Source: Octopus vulgaris (Eukaryota). Taken from it: a stretch of DNA of 64,000 bases. The notes below the pieces were generated by a model, which was given only the letters and a program-made list of their open reading frames with translations, searched no databases and was not told the origin of the DNA. Where the stretch lies: assembly GCA_951406725.2 (NCBI GenBank), contig OX597821.1, forward strand, positions 30,628,001 through 30,692,000, given 5' to 3'. A program made the position numbers and the translations under genes. This document shows, in pieces, positions 1 to 14,149 of this stretch (position 1 is the stretch's first letter; each line of letters begins with the position of its first letter).

Positions 1-117
1 ACTGTTACACATACATATTCATGTTGAAACTTAGTTTGTCAACTTGTATTCATAACGTAACGTAAATGCCCCCCAGACAATTATTTTGGAAAGTACGTAT
101 ATGGATGGGGATATAAT

Positions 118-195
<78 letters not shown>

Positions 196-454
196 TTCAT
201 AGCATGTAATTATTTTCAAGAATACAAGCCTCGCTCTATTATGCCGATGAGTATATCTTAATTAATAGTCAGCTGTAAATTTAATTCTGGATATTCAGGT
301 GCATGGACGTAAGATATTTGAAGAGTTACTTAATAACAATGGTAAGATTTTCATTTGAAACTAATGCAAAGATCACTGAAATATATAATACATACCTGAT
401 GGAAATATAATGGGATTTAATTCATGCGCGGTTGAATAAATATTATTCTATGTA

Positions 455-1555
455 TTTATTGAATGCTTGGGAAAGAAAATGTCATAATATTCTTAAAACC
501 CAGTATAAGGATGAGGGTACTATTAGCTACGAAAGTAATTTTTGTCATATATGTCAAGATGAGACGGAAGCAAATATTTCTTTGATCGTAATTGATATAT
601 GCAAATAATTTTCCCTACCTAGTTGAAAGTATAATCCCGTCTATTTGACAAAATATTGAACCACACCAGCGTCAAATTCATCGGGGATTTTAAGTGTGTC
701 CTCCCAAACAATGTTCCAAGGAACTGAAAAGAAGATACTCAGACAGAGCAAGACCAAAAATGCAAAGAAGTTGAGGCTAACCTCCACAATTACTATCATA
801 ATCGTCCCTTGAATGACTTGGGCAACATATGGACTTTTATAATCATACTAAGAGTAACACCCTCTTACGATCGAAAAATAATGGCCCCTTTGTCTCGAAA
901 TATTTCTACAATGACTGAAATTGACGATAACGCTCTTACGCATTAACTATTTCCTTTTGATTTAACACTTCATGATAGATGACAACTTTCATAACCCACA
1001 AATTATAGGGCATAGCTTACTTTGGATTTTCCTTTTCCATCAGGTGCTGTAAAGAAAGCATTCTAAACATGAGGAAAATACTGGCCAAGGTTAGACAGTT
1101 TTGCTTGTACGTGAGGGTTTTTTAAGATCAAAGTGTGACTTGAAGTGCTTCGCAGATTCGTATGTAGTTTGCTTGAAGTTTTCTTCAACCACGCTGTTGA
1201 GAAGTTCGATATTCACGAAATATTTACAAGTAAAATATTTTCCGAGAAGAACTAACCAAACCATCATTGGCATGTGCGGACATTGAAAGCTTCAGTTCTA
1301 GAGACAGAACTAATATTTATTGCCAATTCCTTTGCTGAAGAACCTCTTTTGAATTTTTACAGAAATTCATAAAGATAAATAAACTCGGGTTAAAAGGGTA
1401 CAATCGGTATGAAATTATGAAAATATGGTTAAATTTATCTTCAAAGATACTGCCGCATGTCACAATTAATGCTTAATTAATCTTAAATATTCATATTGCA
1501 CCCTCAAATTGGCCATGTCTAAAGTGTGAGACGACTTACTTCCCAACATAATATA
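455..1555 (-). mobile_element. Highly decayed mariner (Tc1/mariner) DNA transposon
   Basis: Minus-strand translation gives mariner motifs in the right order: FKRGSSAKELAINISSV..VRTCQ*WF (N-terminal HTH), LLNSVVEENFKQTT, LGQYFPH (WVPHEL-like), YDYKSPYVA (HDNARPHVA-like), GLALSEYLLFSSLEHCL (SPDLAPSDYHLF-like). A TIR-like TATTATGTTGGGAAGTAAGTCGT lies at ~1531-1554. The left boundary is approximate. Confidence 0.7.
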
Positions 1556-2189
1556 TTTTATACGCGCACTAACTGCTGTCTAACTGTGTGACTTAGAAAC
1601 TAATTCGGTGACTTAAAAGATAAGAAAACGAACATTTGAAATAATGAATGTTAATTGTTTCAAGTAAATTTTTGGCAGTACAAAACTGAATGCAAATACG
1701 CATTCAACAAACCTAATTTTACTAATAGTATAAAAAAAAGTAGAAAACTAATTATTCGGTATGAAATATTCAGGAAGTTTCAATTCAAATGCCCAAAATG
1801 CAAAGCTACAAATTACTTCAAAAAGCACTTTCTGTAATGTAATAACGATCAAATTATATCCTCAACGGTTGCTGATTTCGCATTCTAGTCTCCAATTCGT
1901 AGCAAATATGTGTACAGACATAAGTTGCGAGAAATCACAAATGTTTTCAGGGTAAATATACGTGTTTATGTCCTTATATTTTAATCCATTTTTATCACAA
2001 TCCTAACTTTAGCATATAATTCTTCTTTATAGATCACAGAAGAGCAAATATTAACTGTACACAAATTCGTATTATATGATCAGAATAGTATGTTTAGAAA
2101 TACAAATGCATACATACATTTATACCGACGTACACAAAATCATTCATATATATATACATACACATATAGATATATATACACATACATAC

Positions 2190-2235
<46 letters not shown>

Positions 2236-2265
2236 GTATATATATATTTATATATATATATATAT

Positions 2266-2401
2266 ATGCATATTATTGAAGACAATTAAGCATAATCAAT
2301 TATACACGGAAATTAATATTACATGATGAAGACTGCGAAACGGCTAAGTACGACATTTGCTTAAATAAATATATTCACTTTTTATACCTGCTGACTATTT
2401 G

Positions 2402-2443
<42 letters not shown>

Positions 2444-2580
2444 CAAATAGTCAGCAGGTATAAAAAGTGAATATATTTATTTAAGCAAATGTCGTACTTA
2501 GGCCGTTTCGCAGTCTTCATCATGTAATATTAATTTCCGTGTATAATTGATTATGCTTAATTGTCTTCAATAATATGCAT
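2266..2580. repeat. ~140-bp-arm inverted repeat centred on (TA)n; probable tail-to-tail PLE terminal repeats
   Basis: 2266-~2405 is the reverse complement of ~2440-2580 apart from a 1-nt indel. Each arm contains TGATGA..CGAAACGG and AATAAA. Confidence 0.85.
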
Positions 2581-3296
2581 GCTAAGTATTATAGAATACA
2601 ATTGTATATTTATATATTAGTGCAATTAAAAAAAGAGAAAGAAGAGGATGTAAATTGGTGATATGAAAGTAGAAAGTATATAAATATATATAATATATAA
2701 CAAAAATATACAATACAAAAAATATATAAAAATATACAATATGATATAATTGAGTTCAACAGGGAACAGACAGCTGATGATAAAGATTAAGCCAAAAGAT
2801 AATACTGAATAAGAATTATATTCAAATATAACGGAGGTAAGGAGCTATTCATTTGCATTGATCACAGCTAAAATTATGATAGTGGAGGTTTGATAATTAA
2901 GTTTAGGATTGGGTATGATCATCCTATGGGAACTATTTGTATTCATGGTGCTAACCCTCTATGGGAGATGAACATTTTTATAGTTAGTAACATATTTTAA
3001 CATCGTCTAATATTTCATGAGCAAGGTGAAGCTAATAATTTATTAACAAGGTAGGGTATTATGCAATTGCTTTCAGTAGTAGAATATCTGGATACAGTTA
3101 CTAAGGTCAAACCAAATTAGGTTTGACCAAGGTGGGGAATTTGCTAATATATATGAACAACATGTATTAATGTATCGGCATTAATGGATAATAAGTGTTC
3201 TCGTAAATAACAGAATCTCTGCATAGAATCTCATGCATCATCTGTTATCAAGGTTGGACAAAATTATAGTTAACCAAAATTTTGTCAATCCTGTTA

Positions 3297-3696
3297 TACT
3301 CTTTTACTTGTTTCAGTCCTTTGACTGTGGCCATGCTGGAGCACCACCATTAGTCGAGCAAATCGACCCCAGGAATTATTCTTTGTAAGCCTAGTACTTA
3401 CTCTATCGGTCTCTTTTTGCCGAACCGCTAATTACGGGGACGTAAACGCACCAGCATAGGTTGTAAAGCGATGTTCGGGGGACAAATACAGACACATAAA
3501 CATATACACACATATATATATATATACACACATATAAACGACGGGCTTCTTTCAGTTTCCGTCTACCAAATCCACTCACAAGGTTTTGGTCGGCCCGAGG
3601 CTATAGTAGAAGACACTTGCCCGAGGTGCCACGCAGTGGGACTGAACCCGAAACCATGTGGTTCGTAAGCAAGCTACTTACCACACGGCCACTCCT
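3297..3696 (-). mobile_element. tRNA-derived SINE, family A, full length
   Basis: The minus-strand head has A box TGGCCGTGTGG and B box GGTTCAGTCCC, followed by a CTCGGGCAAGTG core-like motif, an internal TA/CA tract and a 3' tail ending CAGCATGGCC..GACTGAAACAAGTAAAAGAG. At least 8 homologous copies occur in the window. Confidence 0.9.
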
Positions 3697-3699
3697 AGT

Positions 3700-4076
3700 T
3701 TACATTTTATTGAGGTTTTCACTGGGACATTCTATCAGTACTTCTTTTTATTGTAAGTGGCTATAGCTGCCAACACACTCTGGTGGTTTTATTTCTTTAA
3801 CATCGGGTCATCCTTCCGAAGGATCTTATTATACATGTCCTAGCTACAACATCATGTCTCATGGGTATGACATTTTCAGACAACTGATGATGATGCTGTT
3901 GGCAATATCTTCGGTATTAACTTCACAGAATTTGCATCGGTTGTCACATTTTGCTAGTTTTCGTGCATCTCTGTCCAATTTTTGCATCAGGGATTTGGTT
4001 GATATTTCCTGTTCTTGGGTTGCTATCGAAGCGAGAGGTTGTTGGTTCATCATAGACTGCTTTGATAACCAATGTT
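3700..4076 (-). mobile_element. Fragment of an RLE-type (R4/Dong-like) non-LTR retrotransposon, C-terminal zinc-knuckle region
   Basis: The ORF at 3859-4053 reads QEQEISTK..KCDNRCKFC..EDI..IIISCLKMS and continues across a frameshift into MRHDVVA. This matches the CxxC..H..C..RH(D/N) pattern that precedes the RLE endonuclease. The fragment abuts (TA)n at its 5' end. Confidence 0.6.
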
Positions 4077-4457
4077 GTATATATATATATATTTATATAT
4101 AATTAAATATAAGCTATTTATATATAATTAAATATAGGCTATTTATTATATTGCATGTATATGCATGAATGTTTTTATATGTATTTTGATATGCACATGA
4201 TCTATGTTTGTGTAAGTGTTTATTGTGGTTCCACAATTGAGTTAGAAAATACTTTCAGGTTTTTCGACCTTTTATACCTATTTGAAATTGATTCTTGTAC
4301 AATACTTTCCACTGGTTTCGTTTTTATATCTCCAGTTGTCTGTTCCCCATGGAATTTTATTCACATCATATTATATATTTTAAATATATTTTTATTATGC
4401 TTTCTATCATTTTATTTCTCATTTACAAAAATACATGCAAACACACAATCGCACACA

Positions 4458-4525
<68 letters not shown>

Positions 4526-4538
4526 ATTTGTTTGTGCA

Positions 4539-4578
<40 letters not shown>

Positions 4579-4649
4579 TATAGATAGAAGGATAGAGGGA
4601 TAGATATACATACATACAAACACTCACACATATATATATGTATATTTAA

Positions 4650-4687
<38 letters not shown>

Positions 4688-5523
4688 CATATATAGATAT
4701 GTCTATATATGTATGTATCTATATTAATATGTGCATATTTTGATACATGAAAGTTTGTATGCGTCTCTATAATGTGTGTGTATTTATATATATGTATATG
4801 TATATAAGTTACTGCATATTTCAGTATTCATATTTGTAAGTATGGATTCTGTGAGCTTACATGATATATAAATATTTTGTGTGGTTGTATGGAGGGGATG
4901 TGTGTGTGGTTGTGTGTATTTGCACAAACAATTACCGACAACAACGTATAAGCAATTCCGTTTCTTATATCCTAAAGAATACACGTAATGCTTAATAACA
5001 CTGGAGTATATGAATGCATTTGATTTCGTGAGTACATTACCACTCCTCTGTACTTAAAAAACACGAAGGCAATTTTATACATAATTTAAGGTTTGAAATT
5101 TGACAACAACATATGTTGACTTTACATAAAATGCTGTCGTTCAATTTTCAATTCGATGAAACCTTGAATCGTTGTGATAAATATTGAATAATACTAATGG
5201 ATGTTTCATGTATAAATATATATTCAATGAATATATTCTTATATTCAACATTCCACATTGAAGTTCATTTACGTCAGATTTATAATGCACTACATTATAA
5301 ATATATTGCTTTTATTATTTAATCCATAATCGAAAATTGAATTCCTATGCATACACACCGACCAAGATATGACTATATACAAATATATTATATTCGTATA
5401 AGTATGTTGGTGTGCATACATATATGTGTGTCTCCCCATAAATAGATTTGTATCAGAGTGTATATGTATATAATCATACGCATACGTGCACACAGAAACA
5501 CGCACACACACACACATACACAG

Positions 5524-5880
5524 ACATGGCTGTTTGATTAAGATTAAGTTTTTGCAGCTTGTTGTTTCGGGTTCAGTTCTATTAAACGGCAGCTTCATGA
5601 AGATCTTTACTGTTTTTCTTTAGGTCTTTAAAAGATTTATGAGTGGTATTCATAAACTTAAACTGTGTAGAAGCCCACCGTTCATATATGTGGTTATAGA
5701 TGTGTATATGTTTGTATTTATTGCAATCGCAAGATATTGCTTGACAACAGGCGGCATTTTGCTTATGTTCCAGAAATCAGCAGCTCGTTAAGCGAGGCCT
5801 ACAGAATAAGTGCCACTCTGAAAAAACATATGTATAGGGATCGATTTGTTCGATTAAATCCATATAGGCGATGTTCCTTT
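5524..5880 (+). mobile_element. Old, diverged copy of SINE family A
   Basis: Degenerate head (TGGCTG..GGGTTCAGTTC), then GAAGCCC, GCTTGACAAC, GAATAAGT and GGGATCGATTTGTTCGA, colinear with the family A sense strand. Confidence 0.55.
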
Positions 5881-6428
5881 CATTCAGTTTTTCAAAATTC
5901 TCATATCTGTTAGACGCCTATCCAGAAATAATTGCCCTGACTGATTTCCAATTTATCCATTTTTTCCCCCGCTGTCGTTACCCCTCTTTCTCTACCGCAG
6001 TCCCGTCTCTCCTCTCTCTCTCTCTCACTCTTATTCTTTCTTCTCCTTGTTAAAATATTTGGTATATAGTATGTATATAGGAGACCTTGAGAGAACCTCC
6101 CAGTGTGTGTTCCTGTGGAAATGTACTTCTGCGATGGAGAACATTCTTCTCCGAGGAGACCCATAGATACATTAAATGTTATCTACACAAAATGCATAGT
6201 GCTTCCACGCATGATTTCAATAGAATTATATATAATTCCGGAAGATGCAACAATTTTCTGGGGTACAAAAGACACATTCTGGAGTCCAATGAAGAAGCAA
6301 ATCTCTTTGAAGATTCAAAATGATTGAATAACAATATGCATACATACATATAAATAGACACACACAGAACCCCCACACACAAACTCACATACGCGCACCC
6401 ACCCACTCACTCACTCACTCACACATAC

Positions 6429-6469
<41 letters not shown>

Positions 6470-6549
6470 TAAAGTATTTTGTATGTTAGTGTGTAAGTAT
6501 ATACATATATACATGTGGATGTGTGTGTATGTATGCATATATATGTATG

Positions 6550-6593
<44 letters not shown>

Positions 6594-6691
6594 TAGGTTT
6601 AAAAAACAGAATCTGTCACTTAAACCTATCTATCTACCCATCTATATATCTATCATTCTCTCTCTCTTGCTCTCTCTCTCTCTCTTTTTCT

Positions 6692-6728
<37 letters not shown>

Positions 6729-6733
<5 letters not shown>

Positions 6734-6950
6734 ATACAATATGTTACATTACTCGGTAGTAAAGATAAAACTCCGAGTTTCAGATGCCGAAGTGGAAATC
6801 CAAAACACCATCTCTTCGGTTATCTGGCTATTTGAAAACGTTTTCAAATAGCCAGATAACCGAAGAGATGGTGTTGTGGATTTCCACTTCGGCATCTGAA
6901 ACTCAGAGTTTTATCTTGACTACCGAGTAATGTAACATATTGTATAGATA
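6729..6950. repeat. Spacerless 222-bp palindrome (111-bp arms) carrying a hammerhead-like motif; PLE terminal-repeat fold-back
   Basis: The centre is TTTGAAAAC|GTTTTCAAA at 6839/6840, with about 3 mismatches between arms. (TA)n flanks the left side. Confidence 0.9.
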
Positions 6951-7009
6951 AATTTCCTCTATTTACATAATATTGAGGTCTCTTTCTTTCTTTTGTTATC
7001 TTACCGTTT

Positions 7010-7046
<37 letters not shown>

Positions 7047-7131
7047 ATATAATACAGTGAGTTATTCATTTTAGTACCACTAAATTGACCTTCTCTCCCC
7101 TGTGGATTCAGAAATGATTTTCCTAATATTA

Positions 7132-7190
<59 letters not shown>

Positions 7191-7849
7191 AATGTATGTA
7201 TACATATGCACATGTGTGTGTGTGTGTTCCCACAGACATTTCAGTGAGTACATACCCCGGGACGTCTCCGACGCTAAATTCTCTTCTGTTTCTGTCCAGT
7301 ATTTGCTTATTATCAGTGATTATGTGACTGTATACTTCTACAATCGTTACGCATCGTTATTTATGAATTCAGGTTAAGCTCCATTCTCTTCACATTCAGC
7401 TATAACACCCGGCATAGATTTCCTTATTTCATTCTCACATTCTCCTTTACATCATCGGCTTTATATTTAATCACCAGAAAAATAATTTATGCATGATGAC
7501 AGCTTAATTTCTTCAAGTAAATTGTCGACAGCAATACACAACAACAGCTGTTCAAGTTTCAGCAAAATCTGTTAGTAGTAACGCCCAACGGGATTGCTTT
7601 TAAAATTTGTCTAATTTTAGCAACAAGTTTTAATGGTTAACACATTTCATTTCTCAAAAAAAATCTCCGCAGATCATTTTGTATATATTTATTGCACATT
7701 ATGAATCAAATGTCAGACACTCTTGACCTGGACCCAACACAACAAATCATTCTGCCCTCCTCCGCCTTCACTTCATCCTTCTCTTCCTCTACTTCCATCT
7801 CAGCCTTCTCCTCCTCTTTATTAGTCTCATCATTAGTAATTACTTTTTC

Positions 7850-7851
7850 TA

Positions 7852-7929
<78 letters not shown>

Positions 7930-8019
7930 CATCATCGTTATTATTATCATTATTATCATTATTTTTTATTATCATTACTATTATTATTTTTATTATTTTT
8001 ATTATTATTATTATTATTA

Positions 8020-8072
<53 letters not shown>

Positions 8073-8082
8073 TCTATTATTA
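7850..8082. repeat. (ATT)n microsatellite
   Basis: Direct inspection. Similar triplet tracts occur at 8390-8495 (GAT/GAC/GGT), 12065-12285 (ATT/ATC) and 52530-52700 (ACT/AAT/GAT). Confidence 0.95.
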
Positions 8083-8084
8083 TA

Positions 8085-8250
8085 AGGCGGTGAGCTGGCA
8101 GCATCGTTAGCAAGCCAGGCAAAATATTTAGCAGCATTTCACCCCTCGCTAGGTTCTGAGTTCAAATCTTGCCTTGATCGATATTGCTTTTGATCCTTTT
8201 AGTGTTCATAAATTAAGTACCATTGAAACACTGGGGTCGATGTAGAAAGG
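8085..8250 (+). mobile_element. SINE family B (tRNA-like head; body resembles a Meta-type domain), 3'-truncated
   Basis: GGCGGTGAGCTGGCAGCATCGTTAGCA..GTTCTGAGTTCAAAT..GCTTTTGATCCTTT..AAATTAAGTACCA..CTGGGGTCGATG. Homologous to 16420-17170, 19618-20305 and 62490-62660. Confidence 0.75.
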
Positions 8251-8391
8251 ATTATGATATTGATGATGATGATAATTTAGAATCGGATGTTAAAGCTGTT
8301 GATGGTTCTGAGGTGGTGTTCTTAATGGAGAGGAGATTGATCAAGTTGGTACTTGATGGGGTGTGTATTGCTGAAACTGCTACTCTTGTCA

Positions 8392-8422
<31 letters not shown>

Positions 8423-8934
8423 CGACGACGACGACGACGACGACAACGGCGGTGGTGGTGGTGGTGGTGACGACGATGACGATGATGATGACGACAATGG
8501 TGCAGAAATGACAAAAATTATTTTATGTTATGTTAACAATATTGTAAACTATATCGGTGATTATGATATATATATCATACCATAAGAAGCTTACACGTCC
8601 AGGGATACTGATTATAACACAGAAAGCGACAAAATCTGTAAAACATGCAGGAAAACAAATACAAAATTGTGTGTCAAATATTATGAGTCATATACAGTAA
8701 GACCCATACTTTCAGAAAGCTATATTTACAATAACATGTAAGTATAGCCTTGATGATTTTTTAATATTTCCTTTCACACACATAAACAAATATATATATA
8801 TAGATGGAGATCTATAGAAAACGATGATATTAAAGAATTGATATGGTCCAAGACTTGAAAATACCCACTTGAGGTTTTGAGGAGTTTTCCAGACAACGTT
8901 ACGAAGGATATTCAATGAGATATGGTTCAATATA

Positions 8935-9385
8935 TATATATATGAAATATTAGAAAAAAACACCTTTTATCAATTCAAAATGAATAATTAAATTACACCA
9001 TCTAGAAAATTATATATATATATGAAATATTAGAAAAAAACACCTTTTATCAATTCAAAATGAATTATTAAATTACACCATCTAGAAAATTACAAAATAC
9101 ATATAATAGAAAAGTTAAAATTAAAATAACAATTATAAAGTAAAGATTAAGTAAATTACAAGAATAATATACATCTTATTATTCTTGAAATTTTCTTAAT
9201 ATTTACTTTTTAATTGTTATTTTTTTTAGATGGTGTAATTTAATTATTCACTTTGAATTGATAAAAGGTGTTTTTTTCTAATATTTTATATATATTATAT
9301 TGTGTGAAATTTGATTTAGTTTTTCTAAATTGAAATCTTTTTTCTTGTAAGTTTGGATTTTATTCCTTTAAATAATAATTAAAAG
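8935..9385. repeat. 80-bp tandem duplication plus a long AT-rich hairpin; probable retroelement 3' end with an inverted partial copy
   Basis: The unit ATGAAATATTAGAAAAAAACACC..CCATCTAGAAAATTA occurs at ~8942 and ~9022, with its reverse complement at ~9224-9292. The tail at 9300-9380 resembles 59220-59290 and 7055-7132. Confidence 0.75.
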
Positions 9386-9421
9386 AAAAAATATATATAT
9401 GTTTGTGTGTGTCTGTGTGTC

Positions 9422-9454
<33 letters not shown>

Positions 9455-11427
9455 GAGGGAGAGAGAGAGGGAGAGAGAGAGAGAGGGAGAGAGAGAGGGA
9501 GAGAGAGAGGGAGAGAGAGAGGGAGAGAGAGAGAAGGAGAGAGAGAGGGAGAGAGAGAGAGAGGGAGAGAGAGATAAGAGAAACAGAGAAAAAGTGAGAC
9601 AGATAGATAGAGATAGATAAATAGGTAGATAGATGCTATATATCTGATAAAGGCATGGAGCTACATCATACACAGCCAGAGGGAATCTCAATGTTCTATT
9701 GACCTACTAGCAAAAGTATCTGGTCCCAACTCATAATCACGCACGAACGGCTTCAGCACAACAACTTATTTGATCAATGCAGTCCAAGAAATATAAACTT
9801 ACAGATCCTGAACAACACCATTGACATCAGTAAAGTCACACAAATATATTTAAAAATATGTATAGAAAAATTGCTTCAACATTACGTTAACTGACACATT
9901 CCCAGAGACGGTCGTTAATTACATTGGAACAATGGTTATGCAGCTATTCTTCAATGGTTTTATATTATCAATGCATCATCACTGCAGATGTCAATATGGA
10001 AAATTGAAAATGCTTTACTGTAAATGAAATATTTTCTTCCGACAAAAACATTCACAATGTTCTCTTGAATTGTACTAAAGTTTTGTGTCGAAAATAATAC
10101 TGGCATTTTGAGACATTTTATCCTAGTAAAATACTTTAGCGGTAGTAATAAAAAAGAAAAAAGTAAAAAAAAGTTTGTTACGGCAATGGTGAAGTTATTC
10201 ATGTGTATCATAGACTTGACACCGCTGTGCTTTGTAATAAAATGGCAGTCTAATGTGAAATTTGCTAAGGGAGACATAAATTGAAATTAAAGCGCTGACA
10301 AAAGTTTTGAGTAAAATCAAATCATTATTCATTATGTCATATGCCAACCCTCCGATCAAGAATATTTAATACATGATCAAGAATATTTAATACTAAGTTT
10401 CCAATTAATCCAAAAAAAAACACTGCTTTGAAATATACCAGTTTAGAAGATAAAATTGATTGCCAAAATCGTTGGTAAGTTAGAGGGGGTATACTCTAAA
10501 TTAGGAATCAAAAGACATAAGTGCACTCATTAGGGCACTCGAAATTGATTGCTAAAGTTGTTGGTAATTTAGAGGTGGTGTACTTAGAATTAGGGTTTGT
10601 ACGACTGATACGCTACACAGTTCATTCTCCGTTGAGTGGTATAAGTGCACTCGCTCTATTCACCAAAACATGCCCTGGGTTACATTGTAGACGTTGATTT
10701 ACAGATATTGAAACAGAGCTCCTCAATATCAATACTATATATCTGGTAGGTACTATAAGAATTATAGATTATACGTCTTCGTATTTGAAAATTTTATTCC
10801 ATTGTTGAATAAATATTATGGCGAATCCCAGCTGACATTGAACTCAGAAATCTGAGATGGAAATAAGCATTGCATTCATATTGTTTAGCTTAGATTATTG
10901 CATTGTCAGTCACCTCCTTCATTTCAATTACAGGAACAATAACATTGGTTCCATTCCACTAAGCGCAACAATTTTTATGTGTTAATAGTTGCGATGGGTG
11001 GTTATATCGTAAAGTTATAAATTCCTTATTGTCGTTTTACGTAGTAATTGAAGTGAATCTGTGCCGATGTACAATCAAACCCCGGCCGTGGTCTCAGTTC
11101 ACCCCGTTATTCTTAATTTTAATACACATAAGAATTTAGTGACAACTAAATTCACATGAGCTGATAAATGAAAATAGATTCCTAAACATATACTGCAACA
11201 TATACAAGCACATACATGTATATACAAATATATGTATGTCGCTAAATATTTGCGTATTTATATATGTATATATGTATGAATATATGTATATGTATATATT
11301 TAAGTACCTATCTATCTACCTATCAATCTATCTATCAATCAGTCTCTCTATCTACTTATCTATCTATCTATCTATATATGTACCTCTCTCGCTATATATA
11401 TATAAACCTATCTATCTATCTATCCCC

Positions 11428-11521
<94 letters not shown>

Positions 11522-12063
11522 CTATCTACCTATCAATATACATACATATATACGCATATGTATATGCATACACACACATATATTTATATATGCACATATA
11601 TAAACGTACACAGCCATAAAAAATATTGACTTTTAGAAACACACATATACACACACACAGTGACACAATGAAGAAAAAAATAAATATAAATTGTATTTTA
11701 TCGTAACTAAATTTACTCGAGCTAAACTATGCAAATAACAAAGGCAGACTAATAAAATCTTAACCTGAACACGTCTCATTGAGTTAGAAGCTTTTAAAGA
11801 ATTGATATGGTCCAAGACTTGAAAATACCCACTTGAGGTTTTGAGGAGTTTTCCAGACAACGTTACGAAGGCTATTCAATGAGATATGGTTCAATATATC
11901 CCATTACTTGAAGTTGTTACTTGATAAAATAGCTTCTTGTAAGATTTCTTTCTTAGTCCATCATCGATTAGAAAATGAGATAGTGTGTGAAGTTTGTTGT
12001 TGTCGTTGGCGGTAATGGCACTATATTATTGCCATTATTATCATTAATGCTGTCATTATTTTC

Positions 12064-12155
<92 letters not shown>

Positions 12156-12206
12156 TTATTAATATTATTATTATTAATATTATTATTATCATCATCATCA
12201 TCATCG

Positions 12207-12288
<82 letters not shown>

Positions 12289-14149
12289 TGTTGCTGTTGT
12301 TGTTATTTATGTTAGTAATATATTGGTTAGTGACTTCACAAAAACGATACACCGTTATATAAAATACTAGAACACATTTAATTCCACCCTTCTACTTCGT
12401 GAGTTCTCGCCATTATCAAATATGAGTTTGTTTACTGTCGTGTGTGTTTTTTTTTTTTTCGTGTGTAACAATAATTTCTGAGGTTGGATCCATTCACTAA
12501 ACTAGATCTTTTTTATTGAAATGTGAATTATACTGTGATATATTGCTGTAAAAATATATTCGTTATTGCATTTATTGTTGGTAAGAGAGATACAGGAAGT
12601 ATTGTAGAAGAAACCAGTATTATAAACATGCTTAAATATACCAGCTTTTTAGTTAGATTCATAGTTAGTAAGCTAATATGCTACTGCCGGAATTTTTCTA
12701 GAGTTGTCACTTTAAGATCAACTAGAAGAAATGTAACAACTATATGTTTAATAAAATATATATAATAAAAGTAACAAATATATATAATGCACAAAAATTG
12801 GGTTATTGCATGATCTGGAAATAAGTAATTTAGAGACGTTATGTTAATTTGATATTCATTACTCGAGGGAGATGGTTGACACGTCTCAACTGCAATACAT
12901 ACTGCTTTTCGTGAAATAGAAGAAAGATCCTTGTTTCCGTCTCTTAGTCTGTGTGATATGTAAACTTAGGTTAGCATCTAAATGGAAAATAGAAAGATAT
13001 TGATTGCTAGGGTATCAGTATTTAAAGAGATAGCCTTTAGTTTGAATAGAAATTGTATTACTTTGTACAGTTTTGCTAGTAGATTTCTGAGGTTTTAGAT
13101 ATTTTCTTTTGTGTAATTATTAGTGCCTCTAGACCCGAGAGAAAATAGCAATATAGTCGGAAGGGTTCATCAAGAAAAGAGGTTAAAGAGGAAAACTGTG
13201 AATATTTTAAAACTCCGAACTAATATATCCCCAAAATTATCCACTGAGTTTTAAAATTTTAACGATATCACTGCGTTTGTGTACTGAACTACTCAGTATA
13301 AAAGAGCGAGATAGATGCTAAAACTACGCAATATTTTTTGTTCTGGACATATTACAGAAATCGTTGGAAGTCCATATGTTACCTCGGAATAAGCTACAAA
13401 TTTAGCTCATTTATAACCTAACAAAACTGAGACACCTCAAATTCTGAGCCTCTTGAGTTGACTCAAGTTTCTGTTCAGGTGCCTGTCAATGTACACTCAC
13501 ACATGAATAATCTATTCTTTTACTCTATTATTCTATTCTTTCATTCTTTTACTTGTTTCAGCCATTTGACAACCGCTGTTCTGGAGCACCGCTTTGTGAG
13601 CTTTTAATGGAACAAAACGACCCCAGGGCTTATTGTTTTTAGACTTCTGGCGTGAGTTCTAACATTCTCTTCTTTTTATTGAGAGAACATATTTCAAACA
13701 ATTATCTGAATTGGATACAGTCTGTATTGGTAAAGGATGATCCAGTGATTATGCATTAAAAGTTTGTAAGTTTCCTGCTACGCTATGCGTTAATCTAATG
13801 TCCTGAAAGTTATGGATGTCATGGTTGATTGAACATATTGAATGACACTCTCAATCAATCAAGGATCTTTAGACTTGATCTTTCAAGTGGTAACTTGGAT
13901 AGGACTTACATTTATGTAGTCGTTAAATTTTGTTAGATCTTCATTGCGTGTTGGTTAGTGATTGTGTAACCAGATGTCATTTGAATCGTGGTTTGTATTT
14001 TTGTCTAAATTTATTTTCCTTTATTTATGTGTGTTTGAATAAAGATCAAGTGAGCTAACTTGACATTTTTGAAACTTATTTGCTGTACATTAATAGAGGA
14101 AGGAAAATTGATCTAAAATGTAAAGCATATTTTACTGCATGTGACTATT

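Noticed and set aside
10355-10650. 21-bp tandem repeat and a degenerate ~90-bp duplication
   Set aside because: Ordinary local slippage or duplication with no further structure.
12830-13400. Possible further Naiad-type PLE RT remnant
   Set aside because: Too degenerate to read a convincing motif by eye.
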